In this document: piece by piece, positions 19,301 to 30,105 of the stretch
Layout: every line of letters begins with the position of its first letter
Numbering within the stretch: position 1 is the first letter of the stretch
NCBI GenBank assembly: GCA_965217585.1
Contig: OZ244561.1
Span: 672,001-736,000 of the forward strand
Source: Candidatus Latescibacterota bacterium
Lineage (GTDB): Bacteria > Latescibacterota > UBA2968 > UBA8231
DNA: 64,000 bases
Direction: 5' to 3'
Notes under the pieces: generated by a model
Told to the model about the DNA's origin: nothing
The model's database searches: none
Seen by the model: the letters and a program-made list of their open reading frames with translations, nothing else
Position numbers and translations under genes: made by a program

Positions 19301-19516
19301 CTCCTTACTCGTTTGATCTATCTACAGGAACTATGTACGCAATAACGCACCGATTCACCAATTTCGCAACGGCAGCGACCGCGGCCCCACCGATTCCCTC
19401 AATGCCGACGGGCCACCTATCCCAACATTTCATCTTGTTGGCTCAATACCGCCTCCGTATTTTCAGAGGCGCTTTGCCGCAATAGACCTCCCTCCCAACG
19501 GAAAAAGGGGAAGATC

Positions 19517-20497
19517 ATGTCGAATGTATCTCTCGTCAGAGTGGGCGTTCTAACCTGCGCCCGGTACGTGCACATCACGGGTATATGGGGTCCGATCATT
19601 GACCCCACCTGCCAGCACCAATTCATGGGCTGCACGACGCGTATGACCGGTATGGTCATGACCCACGTTTGGGATGTAGATAAAGAAGGCGTCAAGGATT
19701 TCTGCGATACGTACAAAGGAGTCGAAGCGGTGGAGAACTATTGGGATATGGTCGGCAAGGTAGACGGCGTCATCCTCTCCGATTTTGATTCGACCCTACA
19801 TTTCAAAGAATTGGCCAGACCCTATTTGGAAGCCGGCGTCCCCATCTTCATCAATCGCCCTTTTGCCCTCAACCTCCAAGACGCGCAGGAAATAATCGAT
19901 CTATCCAAAAAGCACGACACCCCCATTATGTCGGGTTCTTCCTTCGGCTCAGCGCCGGAAATTGAGCATATCAAACGCGAGGTGGCGGCCATCGAACCAA
20001 TCAGGGGCTTTGCCGCGGCCAATTCCATGTCCGATTACGCTACCCACGGCATTCATGGCCTGTACATGATCTACGCATGTATCGGCGGCGGCATTAAAAG
20101 CGTGGCCTACCAGACGCCCGACTGGCATGTCCCCAATGGTCACCTCACCTTTGAATACGAACCCAGAGGAGCAGAGGGGAAGACCTTTTACGGATCGTTG
20201 CAGGAAATATCGGGGACATGGGGCTGGATCCGGGTGTTTGGAGAGCGCACCTTCGAGCAGTTCGTGCACAGTGGCATCCACTTCTGGGTTCCTCTGCTGC
20301 TGGAGATGCAGGAGATGTTTGAAACCCGAAAAATGCCCGAACCCCACGAGGCCATATACGAGAAGGTGCAGATGTTTCTGGCCGGCTTCAAATCGCACGT
20401 GGAGAGTGGCGGTGCCCCGGTGCGGCTGGACGAAATCGGCGACTGGACGGCTCCACTGCTCAATCCTGATCCGTACCCCAACGGGTTTTTCAAATAG
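19517..20497 (+). CDS. Gfo/Idh/MocA-like oxidoreductase (divergent)
   Basis: VDGVIL, LEAGVPIFINRPFA, HGIH; N-terminal Rossmann motif atypical. Confidence 0.7.
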   Translation: MSNVSLVRVGVLTCARYVHITGIWGPIIDPTCQHQFMGCTTRMTGMVMTHVWDVDKEGVKDFCDTYKGVEAVENYWDMVGKVDGVILSDFDSTLHFKELARPYLEAGVPIFINRPFALNLQDAQEIIDLSKKHDTPIMSGSSFGSAPEIEHIKREVAAIEPIRGFAAANSMSDYATHGIHGLYMIYACIGGGIKSVAYQTPDWHVPNGHLTFEYEPRGAEGKTFYGSLQEISGTWGWIRVFGERTFEQFVHSGIHFWVPLLLEMQEMFETRKMPEPHEAIYEKVQMFLAGFKSHVESGGAPVRLDEIGDWTAPLLNPDPYPNGFFK

Positions 20498-20666
20498 ACT
20501 GCAAGACGCTCGATTGTCGCGCACTAGAAAAATAAATTGTATGGCAACCGTCTTTTATGGGCGGACGCCCCGAGTAATTTAATACCTCGTGCCCCACCTT
20601 GGTCGAATGTAGAGGGGCGGAGCTTTGTAGGAAGCCGGCTGCCCTCTAGCGACGGAGGCTCTGTAC

Positions 20667-22600
20667 TTGGCACGGAGTAAATCGCCCTTCACCCTGCGGG
20701 TATTCTCGGCAGGCCTCCTTTTGTGCCTGCTGATCAGCGTCGCCACACCGTACACTAATATGTACCTACAGGGTTCGCTGATGGCCATCGATTTTGGTAC
20801 GGCCGCGGCTCTGTTTCTGCTCTTCCTACTTGTCTGTATCAACGCGGTTCTCCATCGTTGCGCCCCGGCCATGGTCTTCCGGCGGGGCGAACTGGCGGTG
20901 ATTTACGCCATGATGGCGACCGCCTGTGCCATTCCGACCATGGGCTTGATGGAATATCTATTGCCGGGCATGACCGCTCTGGAGTACTACGCCACGCCCG
21001 AAAATGATTGGCAAGCTTATATCCAGCCTCATGTAAAGCCGTGGATGGTGGTCGAAGATCCACTGGCGACCAAATTCTTCTACGAAGGACTGCCCCGGGG
21101 CATGGCCATTCCCTGGGAAGCGTGGATAGTACCGCTGTGCGCCTGGAGTCTTTTCATTGCGGCGCTCTATCTGACCATGATTTGTGCCGCGGTGATCATC
21201 CGGCGCCAGTGGATGGAGTACGAAAGACTGGTCTATCCCCTCGTCCAAGTACCGGCGGCCATGATCCAACAGGACGAGGGGTCTATCCCACCTTTTTTTA
21301 GGAATGGGTTGATGTGGGTCGGTTTTGGCTTGGCCCTAGTCGTGGGCAGCTTAAAAGGGCTACACCACTACTATCCGTCCGTGCCGGCAGTATCCATGTC
21401 GACCTCCTTGGGCATCCTGCGCAATACGGTGAACTTGCCCATTATGTTGAGCTTTAGCGCCGTGGGCATTTTCTTTTTTGTCAACCTGGATATCGCCTTG
21501 GGTCTGTGGGTTTTCACCCTGCTGGCCATGCTCGAAAAAGGGGTTTTCAGCGTAGTGGGACTCCATAGCACCGAGGTCGTCAGTGTGTACGGTACCCCGG
21601 AATCGCCGCTATTGGCCCACCAGGGAATCGGAGCGCTATTGGCCTATGTGGTCGTGGGACTGTGGCAGGCCCGGTCCCATTTTGCCACTGTTGGACGCCA
21701 AGCTTGGAAAGGGCATGAAGGGGACGAGGATGCCGGCGAGATCATGTCCTACCGGGCCGCCGTGCTAGGGCTGTCCGGTGGGATTACGGTCATGGTATTG
21801 TGGCTCTGGTCATCGGGTATCCCCCTGTTGCCACTCTTGGTATTTCTGGCCGTCGCCCTGCTCTATTCTTCGGCTTGTCCCGCATAGTGGCCGAGGGCGG
21901 CGTTGCCGCCGCCCGTAGCCCCATGATCGCCTCGACCTTTGCGGTCTCGGGACTAGGCACATCTATAGTGGGAGCCGAAGGCTTGGTGGCCCTTGCCTAC
22001 ACTTATATATGGCACGGCGATGTGCGCACTTTTGTCATGGCCTCGTGCGCCAACGGCTTGAAGATAGTCGAAGGGATCACCAATCTCCGACCCTTGTTCT
22101 GGGCCCTAGCTCTGGCCATTTTAGTGACCTTGGCCGGATCGATCGCGACCATTCTCTACTTGGCCTACGCCTATGGGGGGATCAATCTGCATGGCTGGTT
22201 TTTCGGTGCTGGGCCCCAAGCACCCTTTAATTATATCGCCCACAAATTTCAGAACGCCCCGTCTGTGCAGGTGGACGGCTGGTTGTTCAAAGCCATTGGC
22301 GCGACCCTAATGGGCGGGTTACTCTGGTTGCGGCACCACTTTTTGTGGTGGCCTTTCCATCCGTTGGGCTTTGCTATTTGTACGGTATCCTTTATCGTCG
22401 GGCGGCTCTGGTTCAGCGTATTCCTAGCTTGGTTGTTCAAAATGGCCGTGCTCAAGTACGGAGGATCGCGGCTGCACCGCATGATGCGACCCTTCTTTAT
22501 GGGCCTAATCTTGGGACAGTTCTCCAACGCCGGGTTCTGGCTCATGGTCGACGGATTTACAGGTACTACCGGCAACGGGATAGGCGTGCTGTTCTGGTGA
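20667..22600 (+). pseudogene. Frameshifted multi-TM membrane protein (DUF6785/DUF6784-like), paralog of 48629..50623
   Basis: ORFs 20667..21887 and 21800..22600 match the N- and C-terminal parts of the intact paralog. One base is missing near 21864 (ctg ctc ta ttc ttc ggc ttg tcc cgc). Confidence 0.8.
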
Positions 22601-22783
22601 AAAACCCACTTCGCGCCAAGACGATAACGATGGCGCGTTTGGCCGGGCTATTCATAGGGTGCTCCTTAAATTTTGTCGCGGAAAATTTAAGGAGTTGCTG
22701 CACAGAGCGTTACAGCTATACTTTAGACACCGCCGCACACAATACCACACTGACCCATCCTTATCAAAACGCCCGAGGAGACC

Positions 22784-23887
22784 ATGACTACGTATCGCGC
22801 CGCCGTTATTGGCCTGGGCCGCATGGGCAGCACGTTCGACGATGAAATGAGCGAAGGAGGATCCATTTTTCTGCCCTATTGCCACGCCCCCTCGTACCGC
22901 GCTTCGCCCCATACGGAACTGGTGGCCGGAGTCGATCTGCACGGCGAACAACGCGCCATTTTCGGCGACCGCTGGGGCCTAGATCGAGACCATCTCTACA
23001 GCGACTACCGGCAAATGCTGGAACGAGAAAACCTCGACTTGGTCAGCGTCTGCACCACAGCCCGTATTCGCTCGCAGATCGTCCAGGATTGCGCCCGCGC
23101 TGGCGTCAAGGCCGTATGGGCCGAAAAGCCCATCGCCCTGACCTTGGCTGAAGCCGATGCCATGGTCGAGGCCTGCCGCCAACACGGGACGGCCCTAGCC
23201 ATCAACTGCGCTCGCCGCTGGAACCCCTTCTTCAGCCAAGCCCGCGGTCTCATTGACGAAGGCGCACTGGGGAAAATCCTCCAAGTCACCGGCTACGCCC
23301 AGTGCGGCCTGTCGCACAATGGTAGCCACCTCATCGACATTGTGCGCTATATGGTCGGGGGTCAGGTCGAGTGGGTTTTTGGCGAAATGGAATCGGACGC
23401 CGCGGCCCAAGGCGAAACTGACCCGCAGGGCAACGGCTACCTCAGCTTTGACAATGGTGTACGCGCCTTTATCCGCGCTACTCCCACCGGGGTTGCGTCC
23501 TGGGAAATCGACGTCATTGGCACCGAGGGCCGCATCCGCTCTTTAGCCAATTGCACCCAAATGGAGTACATCCGCACGGCTCCAGGCGGCAACCGGGGAC
23601 GCGGAGTGCCCGCATACGTACCCTTTCCCTATCCGACGCACATACAAGGCATGGGGCTGACCATTGTAGAGGATCTGATCCAAGCCATTGAGACGGGATC
23701 GGATCCGCGCTGCTCGGGCGACGATGGTCGGGCCGCCCTCGAAGTGGCCATTGCCCTGCGCCAATCGCACCGCGACGGTTTTGTCCGCGTGGACCTGCCT
23801 CTAGAAGACCGCTCGTTGGGCATTCTCTCTTCGGAGATTTCCCAGGACCACACCCCGGCACGGGTGCGGCGGTTGCAGGCTTCTTGA
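22784..23887 (+). CDS. Gfo/Idh/MocA family oxidoreductase
   Basis: VIGLGRMG, LDLVSVCT, AEKPIA, GSHLID. Confidence 0.92.
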   Translation: MTTYRAAVIGLGRMGSTFDDEMSEGGSIFLPYCHAPSYRASPHTELVAGVDLHGEQRAIFGDRWGLDRDHLYSDYRQMLERENLDLVSVCTTARIRSQIVQDCARAGVKAVWAEKPIALTLAEADAMVEACRQHGTALAINCARRWNPFFSQARGLIDEGALGKILQVTGYAQCGLSHNGSHLIDIVRYMVGGQVEWVFGEMESDAAAQGETDPQGNGYLSFDNGVRAFIRATPTGVASWEIDVIGTEGRIRSLANCTQMEYIRTAPGGNRGRGVPAYVPFPYPTHIQGMGLTIVEDLIQAIETGSDPRCSGDDGRAALEVAIALRQSHRDGFVRVDLPLEDRSLGILSSEISQDHTPARVRRLQAS

Positions 23888-23983
23888 ATGTAAACCGGTA
23901 CCGGTCCTAGGAAGACAGTACTTTCGAATGGTCTATGGATGGTTGTCGATTATATGGCCGAAGAGGAGTGACCAATATCACCA

Positions 23984-25555
23984 ATGCGTGAACGAAATCC
24001 TGTACTACTCAGGCATTGCGGTACTATTGGGCTCGCTGTTTCACTCTGCTGTATCCTGTGTTACTCTGGAGGATCACAGGGACAGAACCTGAGCACAGAT
24101 GCCTACCAAAAGAGCGAATATCATTATGACCAAGGCCAGCGCTACGCCAAACAGGGTGACTATAAAAGTGCCGAGCAAGAATATAAAAAAGCGCTTACAA
24201 TAAATAAAAACAACGTACGCGCTTACGACGGCCTTGGCTTTGCTTATGCCCTGCAAGCCAGATATCCAGAGGCATTAGCTGAACTTGAAGAGGCGATTCG
24301 AATTGATCCGAGCTATACACCTTCGCTATACAAGTTAGGCAAAGTATTCTTCATAATCAAAGAATATGACAAGGCTAAAGACGCCTACATCAAAACCATT
24401 GAGGTCGATCCCAAGTACGCTCTTGCACATCATGGCCTCGGCGTTATTTATGCCCAAACTCAGGATAGAGATAAAGCAGCAGAGAGTTTCGCTATAGCTG
24501 TCAGGCTCAATCCCAATTATGGGCCTTCTCGCTACCGCCTTGGGGTGATATACCTGGAAAAACAAGACTATTTCAAAGCTATCGAAGAATTGCGGTTGGC
24601 GGCAAAGCTCATCCCCAGGGAACCGACTGTCCATTACACACTCGGGAATGCTTATATGACCATTGGCAGACTTCCCGAAGCGGTAGACGCTTTCAAAATA
24701 ACATTACAACTCGATCCACAACGCGCCGAGGCACACGATAAGTTGGGACTGGTTTACACCGAGCAATCCCGCGCCCTTTTAGGAGCGGTATTCATGGATC
24801 AGGATGGACTGGACAAGGCGATGGCGGAGCATCGTCAGGCGGTGGAACTGGTTCCAGAGAATGGCTGGTTTCAGTACAGGCTCGGTATGGCTTATGAACG
24901 ACAGCGAAGGTACGACGATGCAGCGGAGCAATACAGGAAAACCCTTGAGATAGATCCAGATATAGCGCAGGCATCCTACCGCCTTGGAATGATATACTCG
25001 AGAAACAAAAGATACGATGAAGCCGCCCATGCGTACGAACAAGCGATCCGTCTCGAGCCTGATAATTCAGATTTCCACTACGGTTTGGGTGCAGTATATG
25101 ACAAGATCGGCAAACGCCGAGAAGCGATTGAAAAATACCAGAAAGCGATCGAACTAGATGACTATAACTCAGAAGCACATTTCAGCCTAGCCAATGCCTA
25201 TCTGCAACAGGGCAGCCGCGAAGAGGGGAAGAAGGAAATGGAGATATTCAGAAGGCAGCGTGAGGGCAATATAACGGATCTTGAACAAAACGTCGCCCTC
25301 GTTCCCAACAATCCGGAATCTCACTACAAATTAGCGTTGCTGTATGCCAAACAGGACAGGCATATAAGAGCGATCAATCGGTTCAAGTTCGCTATTGGTC
25401 TCGATCCCTATAATCCTGAGTATCATCGCCACCTCATAGATTCTTATACTAAAATGGGTAGACGTCAAGAGGCGAAACGGGAATTAGAGATATTCCAAAG
25501 TCTGACAGATAAAGCCAAAAAATCGGCTACTAGGACAGCCCCTGAAGCGGACTAA
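23984..25555 (+). CDS. Tetratricopeptide repeat protein, probably exported
   Basis: About 12 TPR repeats (A.Y.LG..Y...); hydrophobic N-terminus. Confidence 0.92.
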   Translation: MRERNPVLLRHCGTIGLAVSLCCILCYSGGSQGQNLSTDAYQKSEYHYDQGQRYAKQGDYKSAEQEYKKALTINKNNVRAYDGLGFAYALQARYPEALAELEEAIRIDPSYTPSLYKLGKVFFIIKEYDKAKDAYIKTIEVDPKYALAHHGLGVIYAQTQDRDKAAESFAIAVRLNPNYGPSRYRLGVIYLEKQDYFKAIEELRLAAKLIPREPTVHYTLGNAYMTIGRLPEAVDAFKITLQLDPQRAEAHDKLGLVYTEQSRALLGAVFMDQDGLDKAMAEHRQAVELVPENGWFQYRLGMAYERQRRYDDAAEQYRKTLEIDPDIAQASYRLGMIYSRNKRYDEAAHAYEQAIRLEPDNSDFHYGLGAVYDKIGKRREAIEKYQKAIELDDYNSEAHFSLANAYLQQGSREEGKKEMEIFRRQREGNITDLEQNVALVPNNPESHYKLALLYAKQDRHIRAINRFKFAIGLDPYNPEYHRHLIDSYTKMGRRQEAKRELEIFQSLTDKAKKSATRTAPEAD

Positions 25556-25564
25556 AAAATCAAA

Positions 25565-27364
25565 ATGGGCATCCAGAAGTTTCCACCTAGGCGCAACCTT
25601 TTTTATCTGTCAATCCTCGTTTTTACAGGATTATTGTCCGCCGGGTGTCAAAGCGATGGTCCTGTGGACAAAGATTTTTTGGGGAGTGATCGAGGTCAAG
25701 TAGCGCCTGACAAAGGGGTAGATTCTCAAGAGATCAAACCTGCCACAGGTCTCCCAGTAGACGGACGTGTTCAATTCGTGGATGTAGCAGTAGATTTAGG
25801 AGTGGTTCTAAAGAACGTCTCTGGCGACAGTGAACAGAGCTATGTGATAGATACAATGATGGGTGGATCGGCGTTGCTCAATTATGACAACGATGGCGAT
25901 TTAGATTTGTACGTTTTGAATGGTTCGAGAGTGGTTGGGTTTCCAGTTGGAGAGCATCCTCGAAATGCTTTTTACAGAAACGACGGAGACAAGTATGCGG
26001 ATGTGACCGAAGAATCAGGGCTGGGGGACACGGGTTGGGGGATGGGTTGCGCCGCTGGAGATTACGACAACGACGGCGATCCAGATATCTATGTGACCAA
26101 TTACGGAAAAAACGTCCTGTACAGCAACCAGGGAGATGGAACTTTTACAGATGTAACAGAAATTGCAAAGGTGGGAGACGAAAGATTCGGCACAGGATGT
26201 GCGTTTTTTGATTACGACGCCGATGGCGACTTGGACCTGTACATTGCAAACTACGTTGATTTTAAACACTTCATTGAGACTACTCCAGAGAAGTCTTACA
26301 CGTGGAAAGGCCTTAAAGTCCACTTCGGACCGCGCGGAATGAAGGGGGAGGCGGATATACTGTACCGCAATGAAGGGGATGGTACCTTCTCGGATGTGAC
26401 CCAAGAAGCAAACGTCGTAGATCACCAGAAACTCTACGGTCTCGGCGTGATTGGTGGGGATTACGACAACGATGGCGATCCGGACATCTATGTGGCCAAC
26501 GATACGGGTCCCAACTTCCTCTATCAAAATAACGGCGATGGGACTTTTACCGAAGTCGGCTGGATGGTAGGTGTCGCCTATGGTGCAGGCGGCGAGTTGC
26601 AGGGGTGCATGGGCATTGCTTTTGGGGATTACGATAATGATGGATACCACGACATACTGGTGACCAACTTCTGGGAACAGACTAATACCCTTTATCACAA
26701 CGATGGGGGTCAATTTTTTTCGGATCTCAGCTTCGACGCCGGAGTAGGTTTGGCAAGCTTTGAATTCCTAGCCTGGGGCACAGGGTTCTTCGACTACGAC
26801 AACGATGGAGACAAAGACCTTTTTGTTTCTAACGGGCACCTCTTCCCGCAGCTAGACAGAGTAAATTTAGGCGTCAGCTATGCCCAAACTAATCAACTCT
26901 TTGAGAATTTGGGGGACGGCACATTCACCGATGTATCCGAAATTTCTGGACAGGGATTGCGCATCAAAAAGGTTAGTAGAGGCGTTTCCTTCGGAGACTA
27001 CGACAACGATGGGGACTTGGACATATTCGTCCTGAATCTAAACGATATGCCCACTTTTCTGCGCAATGATGGCGGCAACAACAACAACTGGTTGATGATA
27101 AAGACCATAGGAGTAAAAAGCAACAGAGATGGCATAGGAACTAGGGTAAAGCTCAAGTGTGGGGGAGAGACCCAGATCAATGAGGTCAGGAGCGGTTCCA
27201 GTTATCTTTCGCAGAACGATTTCAGGCTCCACTTCGGCCTAGGGAAAAGCGATACTGTAGACCTGTTAGAGGTGAATTGGCCGAGCGGCCTAGTTGAAAG
27301 ATTCGAAGATTTGGCTGCCAACCAGTTCGTCGTCATTAAGGAGGGGAAGGGGATAATTCGGTAG
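25565..27364 (+). CDS. CRTAC1/ASPIC-UnbV family FG-GAP repeat lipoprotein
   Basis: Lipobox LSAGC; many DYDNDGDxD repeats; C-terminal SNRDGIG...SGSSYLSQ...HFGLG. Confidence 0.92.
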   Translation: MGIQKFPPRRNLFYLSILVFTGLLSAGCQSDGPVDKDFLGSDRGQVAPDKGVDSQEIKPATGLPVDGRVQFVDVAVDLGVVLKNVSGDSEQSYVIDTMMGGSALLNYDNDGDLDLYVLNGSRVVGFPVGEHPRNAFYRNDGDKYADVTEESGLGDTGWGMGCAAGDYDNDGDPDIYVTNYGKNVLYSNQGDGTFTDVTEIAKVGDERFGTGCAFFDYDADGDLDLYIANYVDFKHFIETTPEKSYTWKGLKVHFGPRGMKGEADILYRNEGDGTFSDVTQEANVVDHQKLYGLGVIGGDYDNDGDPDIYVANDTGPNFLYQNNGDGTFTEVGWMVGVAYGAGGELQGCMGIAFGDYDNDGYHDILVTNFWEQTNTLYHNDGGQFFSDLSFDAGVGLASFEFLAWGTGFFDYDNDGDKDLFVSNGHLFPQLDRVNLGVSYAQTNQLFENLGDGTFTDVSEISGQGLRIKKVSRGVSFGDYDNDGDLDIFVLNLNDMPTFLRNDGGNNNNWLMIKTIGVKSNRDGIGTRVKLKCGGETQINEVRSGSSYLSQNDFRLHFGLGKSDTVDLLEVNWPSGLVERFEDLAANQFVVIKEGKGIIR

Positions 27365-27366
27365 GG

Positions 27367-29649
27367 ATGATGCAGATGGCCACGATTCATAGATGGTTGA
27401 TAGCCGCCGTGATCGCGGGGGGGTGGATTCTGGAGCTAGCGTCTTGCTCCGAGCCCTCTGGCCCAGAGCAGGCAGCCAGCACCCGACGCATGGCCGAACG
27501 CCTCGAAGAAATCGCCCGCAATGCAGACCCTTCGCTGCATATCTATGTGAACGCGGAAAGGGTGGAGTACTTTCGCGCCCGGGTAAAGCACCTGCGCGAA
27601 ACAACCGCTGCCAACGACCCCCAAGGCAAAGACCAGCTCCTCAAAACCCGGTTTACTCTAGCCAATGAACTGCTGCGGGCTGGTCAATTCGAAGAAGCCG
27701 TGAAGAGTTTTCGGCAACTGCAGGCCGAAACGGTTGGCAAGCCCCAGATCCAGCATATACTCCAGGTTTTACTGGGACTTTCCTATCTCCGCCTAGGAGA
27801 ACAGGAAAATTGTGTCGTCCACCACAACATCGAATCCTGCTTGCTGCCGATCCGCGGTGCTGGGGTACACCAGATTAAGCGTGGATCGCGCGCTGCCATC
27901 GAGGAGTTTCTGGGGGTTCTACAGCGAAATCCCGGTGATCTGTCGGCCCGCTGGTTGCTCAACATCGCCTATATGACGCTCGGCGAGTACCCCGACAAAG
28001 TGCCACAGGACTACCTGATAGCAGCCGAGGTTTTCGCAGCCGACTACGATATCAAGCGCTTCCGCGATGTCGCTCCTCGGCTAGGTCTGGATGTGGTGGG
28101 ACTTTCGGGCGGAGCCATCATGGAAGATTTCGACGGGGACGGCTACCTTGATATAGTGGCTTCTTCTTGGGGGCTACGCGACCAGATCCGCTATTTCCAC
28201 AACAGGGGAGACGGGACCTTTGCGGATAACACTCAAGAAGCGGGGTTGGTGGGTATTGTGGGCGGATTGAACACGCGCTTGACAGACTACGATAACAATG
28301 GCTACGCCGATATCCTAATCCTGCGCGGTGCCTGGCTCGGCCCGATTGGGCGCTATCCCAACTCGCTGTTGCGCAACCAAGGCGATGGAACATTCATCGA
28401 CGCTACCGAAGAGGCCGGTCTGCTCACCTTGCACCCGACCCAGACCGCGACCTGGGGAGATTTTGACAACGATGGTTGGGTGGATCTGTTCGTGGGCAAC
28501 GAATCGATTGGCACGGAAATACACCCGTGCGAACTGTTCCGCAACAAAAGAGATGGCACCTTTTCCGATGTGGCCAGGGAAGTGGGAGTCGCCGTGGTGG
28601 GTTATGTAAAAGGGGTGGCGTGGGGAGACTACAACAACGATGGACGACTGGATCTGTACATTGCGCGTATCGCGCAAAAAGAGGCCAATCTGCTCTACCG
28701 CAACGAAGGGAAAGATGCCTCCGATCACTGGCACTTTGTGGACGTATCGGCAGAAGCAGGGGTGCCCGGGCCCAGCCACAGCTTCCCGACCTGGTTTTGG
28801 GACTACGACAACGATGGCTGGCAGGATATTTTTGTCGCCGGGTTTAAGGCCCAGGTCGGGGATGTAGCGGCCGATTATCTGGGGCTGCCGCACGACGGCG
28901 AACATCCTCGCTTGTACCGGAATAAGGGCGACGGCACCTTTGCCGACGTCACTCGGGAAGTCCAACTCGACAAGCCCCTGCTCGCCATGGGCTGCAATTT
29001 CGGCGATTTGGACAACGATGGCTATCTGGATGGTTATATCGGGACCGGTGACCCGGGGCTGGCCTCGCTGATGCCCAATCGCATGTTTCGCAATGCGGCG
29101 GGCCAATTCTTCCAGGATGTCACCACATCCGGCGGGTTCGGGCATTTGCAAAAGGGCCACGGCGTAGCTTTTGGCGACATTGATCACGATGGCGATCAAG
29201 ATGTCTTTGCCGTTATGGGCGGGGCTTTTACCGGGGATGTAGCCCCCAATGTCCTCTTTGAGAACCCAGGCCATGGCAACCACTGGATTAAGCTCAGACT
29301 GGAAGGAGTCCGCTCCAATCGCGCTGCCATCGGGGCGCGAATAAAGGTAAGTTTGAATACGAAGAATGGTGGCCAAGATGTGTATGCCACGGTGACGAGC
29401 GGGAGTAGTTTCGGTGCCTCCAGCCTGCGACAGGAGATCGGCCTAGGACAGGCCACTTCGATCCGCGCTATTGAGATAGTCTGGCCGGCCGGCGCGGATG
29501 TGCAGGTGTTCCAGAATGTCGAGATGGATCAATTCCTGCACATCCGCGAAGGGGATCCGATGCCCCTTGTCCTCGAATTCGATTCCCTTGATCTTGCCTC
29601 TGAGAATAGAGCAGCGGTACGGGATCACGCTCACCACGAACAAAACTAG
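27367..29649 (+). CDS. TPR + CRTAC1/ASPIC-UnbV family protein
   Basis: Possible lipobox LASC, TPR-like helices with GEQENC...SC, D(F/Y)DNDG repeats, QKGHGVAFGD, SNRAAIGA...SGSSFG. Confidence 0.9.
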   Translation: MMQMATIHRWLIAAVIAGGWILELASCSEPSGPEQAASTRRMAERLEEIARNADPSLHIYVNAERVEYFRARVKHLRETTAANDPQGKDQLLKTRFTLANELLRAGQFEEAVKSFRQLQAETVGKPQIQHILQVLLGLSYLRLGEQENCVVHHNIESCLLPIRGAGVHQIKRGSRAAIEEFLGVLQRNPGDLSARWLLNIAYMTLGEYPDKVPQDYLIAAEVFAADYDIKRFRDVAPRLGLDVVGLSGGAIMEDFDGDGYLDIVASSWGLRDQIRYFHNRGDGTFADNTQEAGLVGIVGGLNTRLTDYDNNGYADILILRGAWLGPIGRYPNSLLRNQGDGTFIDATEEAGLLTLHPTQTATWGDFDNDGWVDLFVGNESIGTEIHPCELFRNKRDGTFSDVAREVGVAVVGYVKGVAWGDYNNDGRLDLYIARIAQKEANLLYRNEGKDASDHWHFVDVSAEAGVPGPSHSFPTWFWDYDNDGWQDIFVAGFKAQVGDVAADYLGLPHDGEHPRLYRNKGDGTFADVTREVQLDKPLLAMGCNFGDLDNDGYLDGYIGTGDPGLASLMPNRMFRNAAGQFFQDVTTSGGFGHLQKGHGVAFGDIDHDGDQDVFAVMGGAFTGDVAPNVLFENPGHGNHWIKLRLEGVRSNRAAIGARIKVSLNTKNGGQDVYATVTSGSSFGASSLRQEIGLGQATSIRAIEIVWPAGADVQVFQNVEMDQFLHIREGDPMPLVLEFDSLDLASENRAAVRDHAHHEQN

Positions 29650-29688
29650 TGCAACACGGTAGCCCAGCCGTACTCAACCAGTTTTTAG

Positions 29689-29702
29689 GTTTTTCTGCTT
29701 AG
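29689..29702 (+). repeat. Left copy of the 14-bp direct repeat GTTTTTCTGCTTAG (putative target-site duplication)
   Basis: Identical to 31042..31055. Confidence 0.85.
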
Positions 29703-29775
29703 TGGCTAGCCCTAGGGTTATCTTGGACACCCGATCCGCCCTATATTCAGGGTTAGGTTGAAAGGAGTGTCCGGT

Positions 29776-30105
29776 ATGAAAAAGAGCCATCGCACGGCAG
29801 ACCGGGGTCGTTTTTCGGCCCAGCGCAAAAGTGAAGCGGTCCTTCGCCTGTTAGGCGGTGCAGAGCTGGAGTTATTATCGCGTGAATACAAAGTGACGGC
29901 CGCTAAACTGAGCCAATGGCGCGATGCTTTCTTGGCGGCCGGCCAAGCGGGTCTGCGGTCAAGCGGTTCGGAGGTGCCCTCAGCCCAACTCGAAAAGTTG
30001 CAGGCCAAAGTGGGCGAGTTGACCATGGCCAACGATTTGCTTGAGCACAAAATTGAGCACTTGGAACGCGGCCGGTCTTTACCAGCGCGGCGGTCGAAGC
30101 CATGA
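29776..30105 (+). CDS. IS OrfA (HTH + coiled coil)
   Basis: RFSAQRKSEAVLRLL...LSQWRDAFL...LQAKVGELTM; SD AAAGGAG. Confidence 0.88.
   Translation: MKKSHRTADRGRFSAQRKSEAVLRLLGGAELELLSREYKVTAAKLSQWRDAFLAAGQAGLRSSGSEVPSAQLEKLQAKVGELTMANDLLEHKIEHLERGRSLPARRSKP

Noticed and set aside
21855-21890. Programmed ribosomal frameshift
   Set aside because: No slippery sequence is present and the paralog is a single continuous ORF.
25565-29649. Recurrent GA(C/T)TACGACAACGA(T/C)GG motifs as a CRISPR array or DNA repeat
   Set aside because: They encode the DYDNDG FG-GAP protein repeats, are in frame, degenerate and irregularly spaced.
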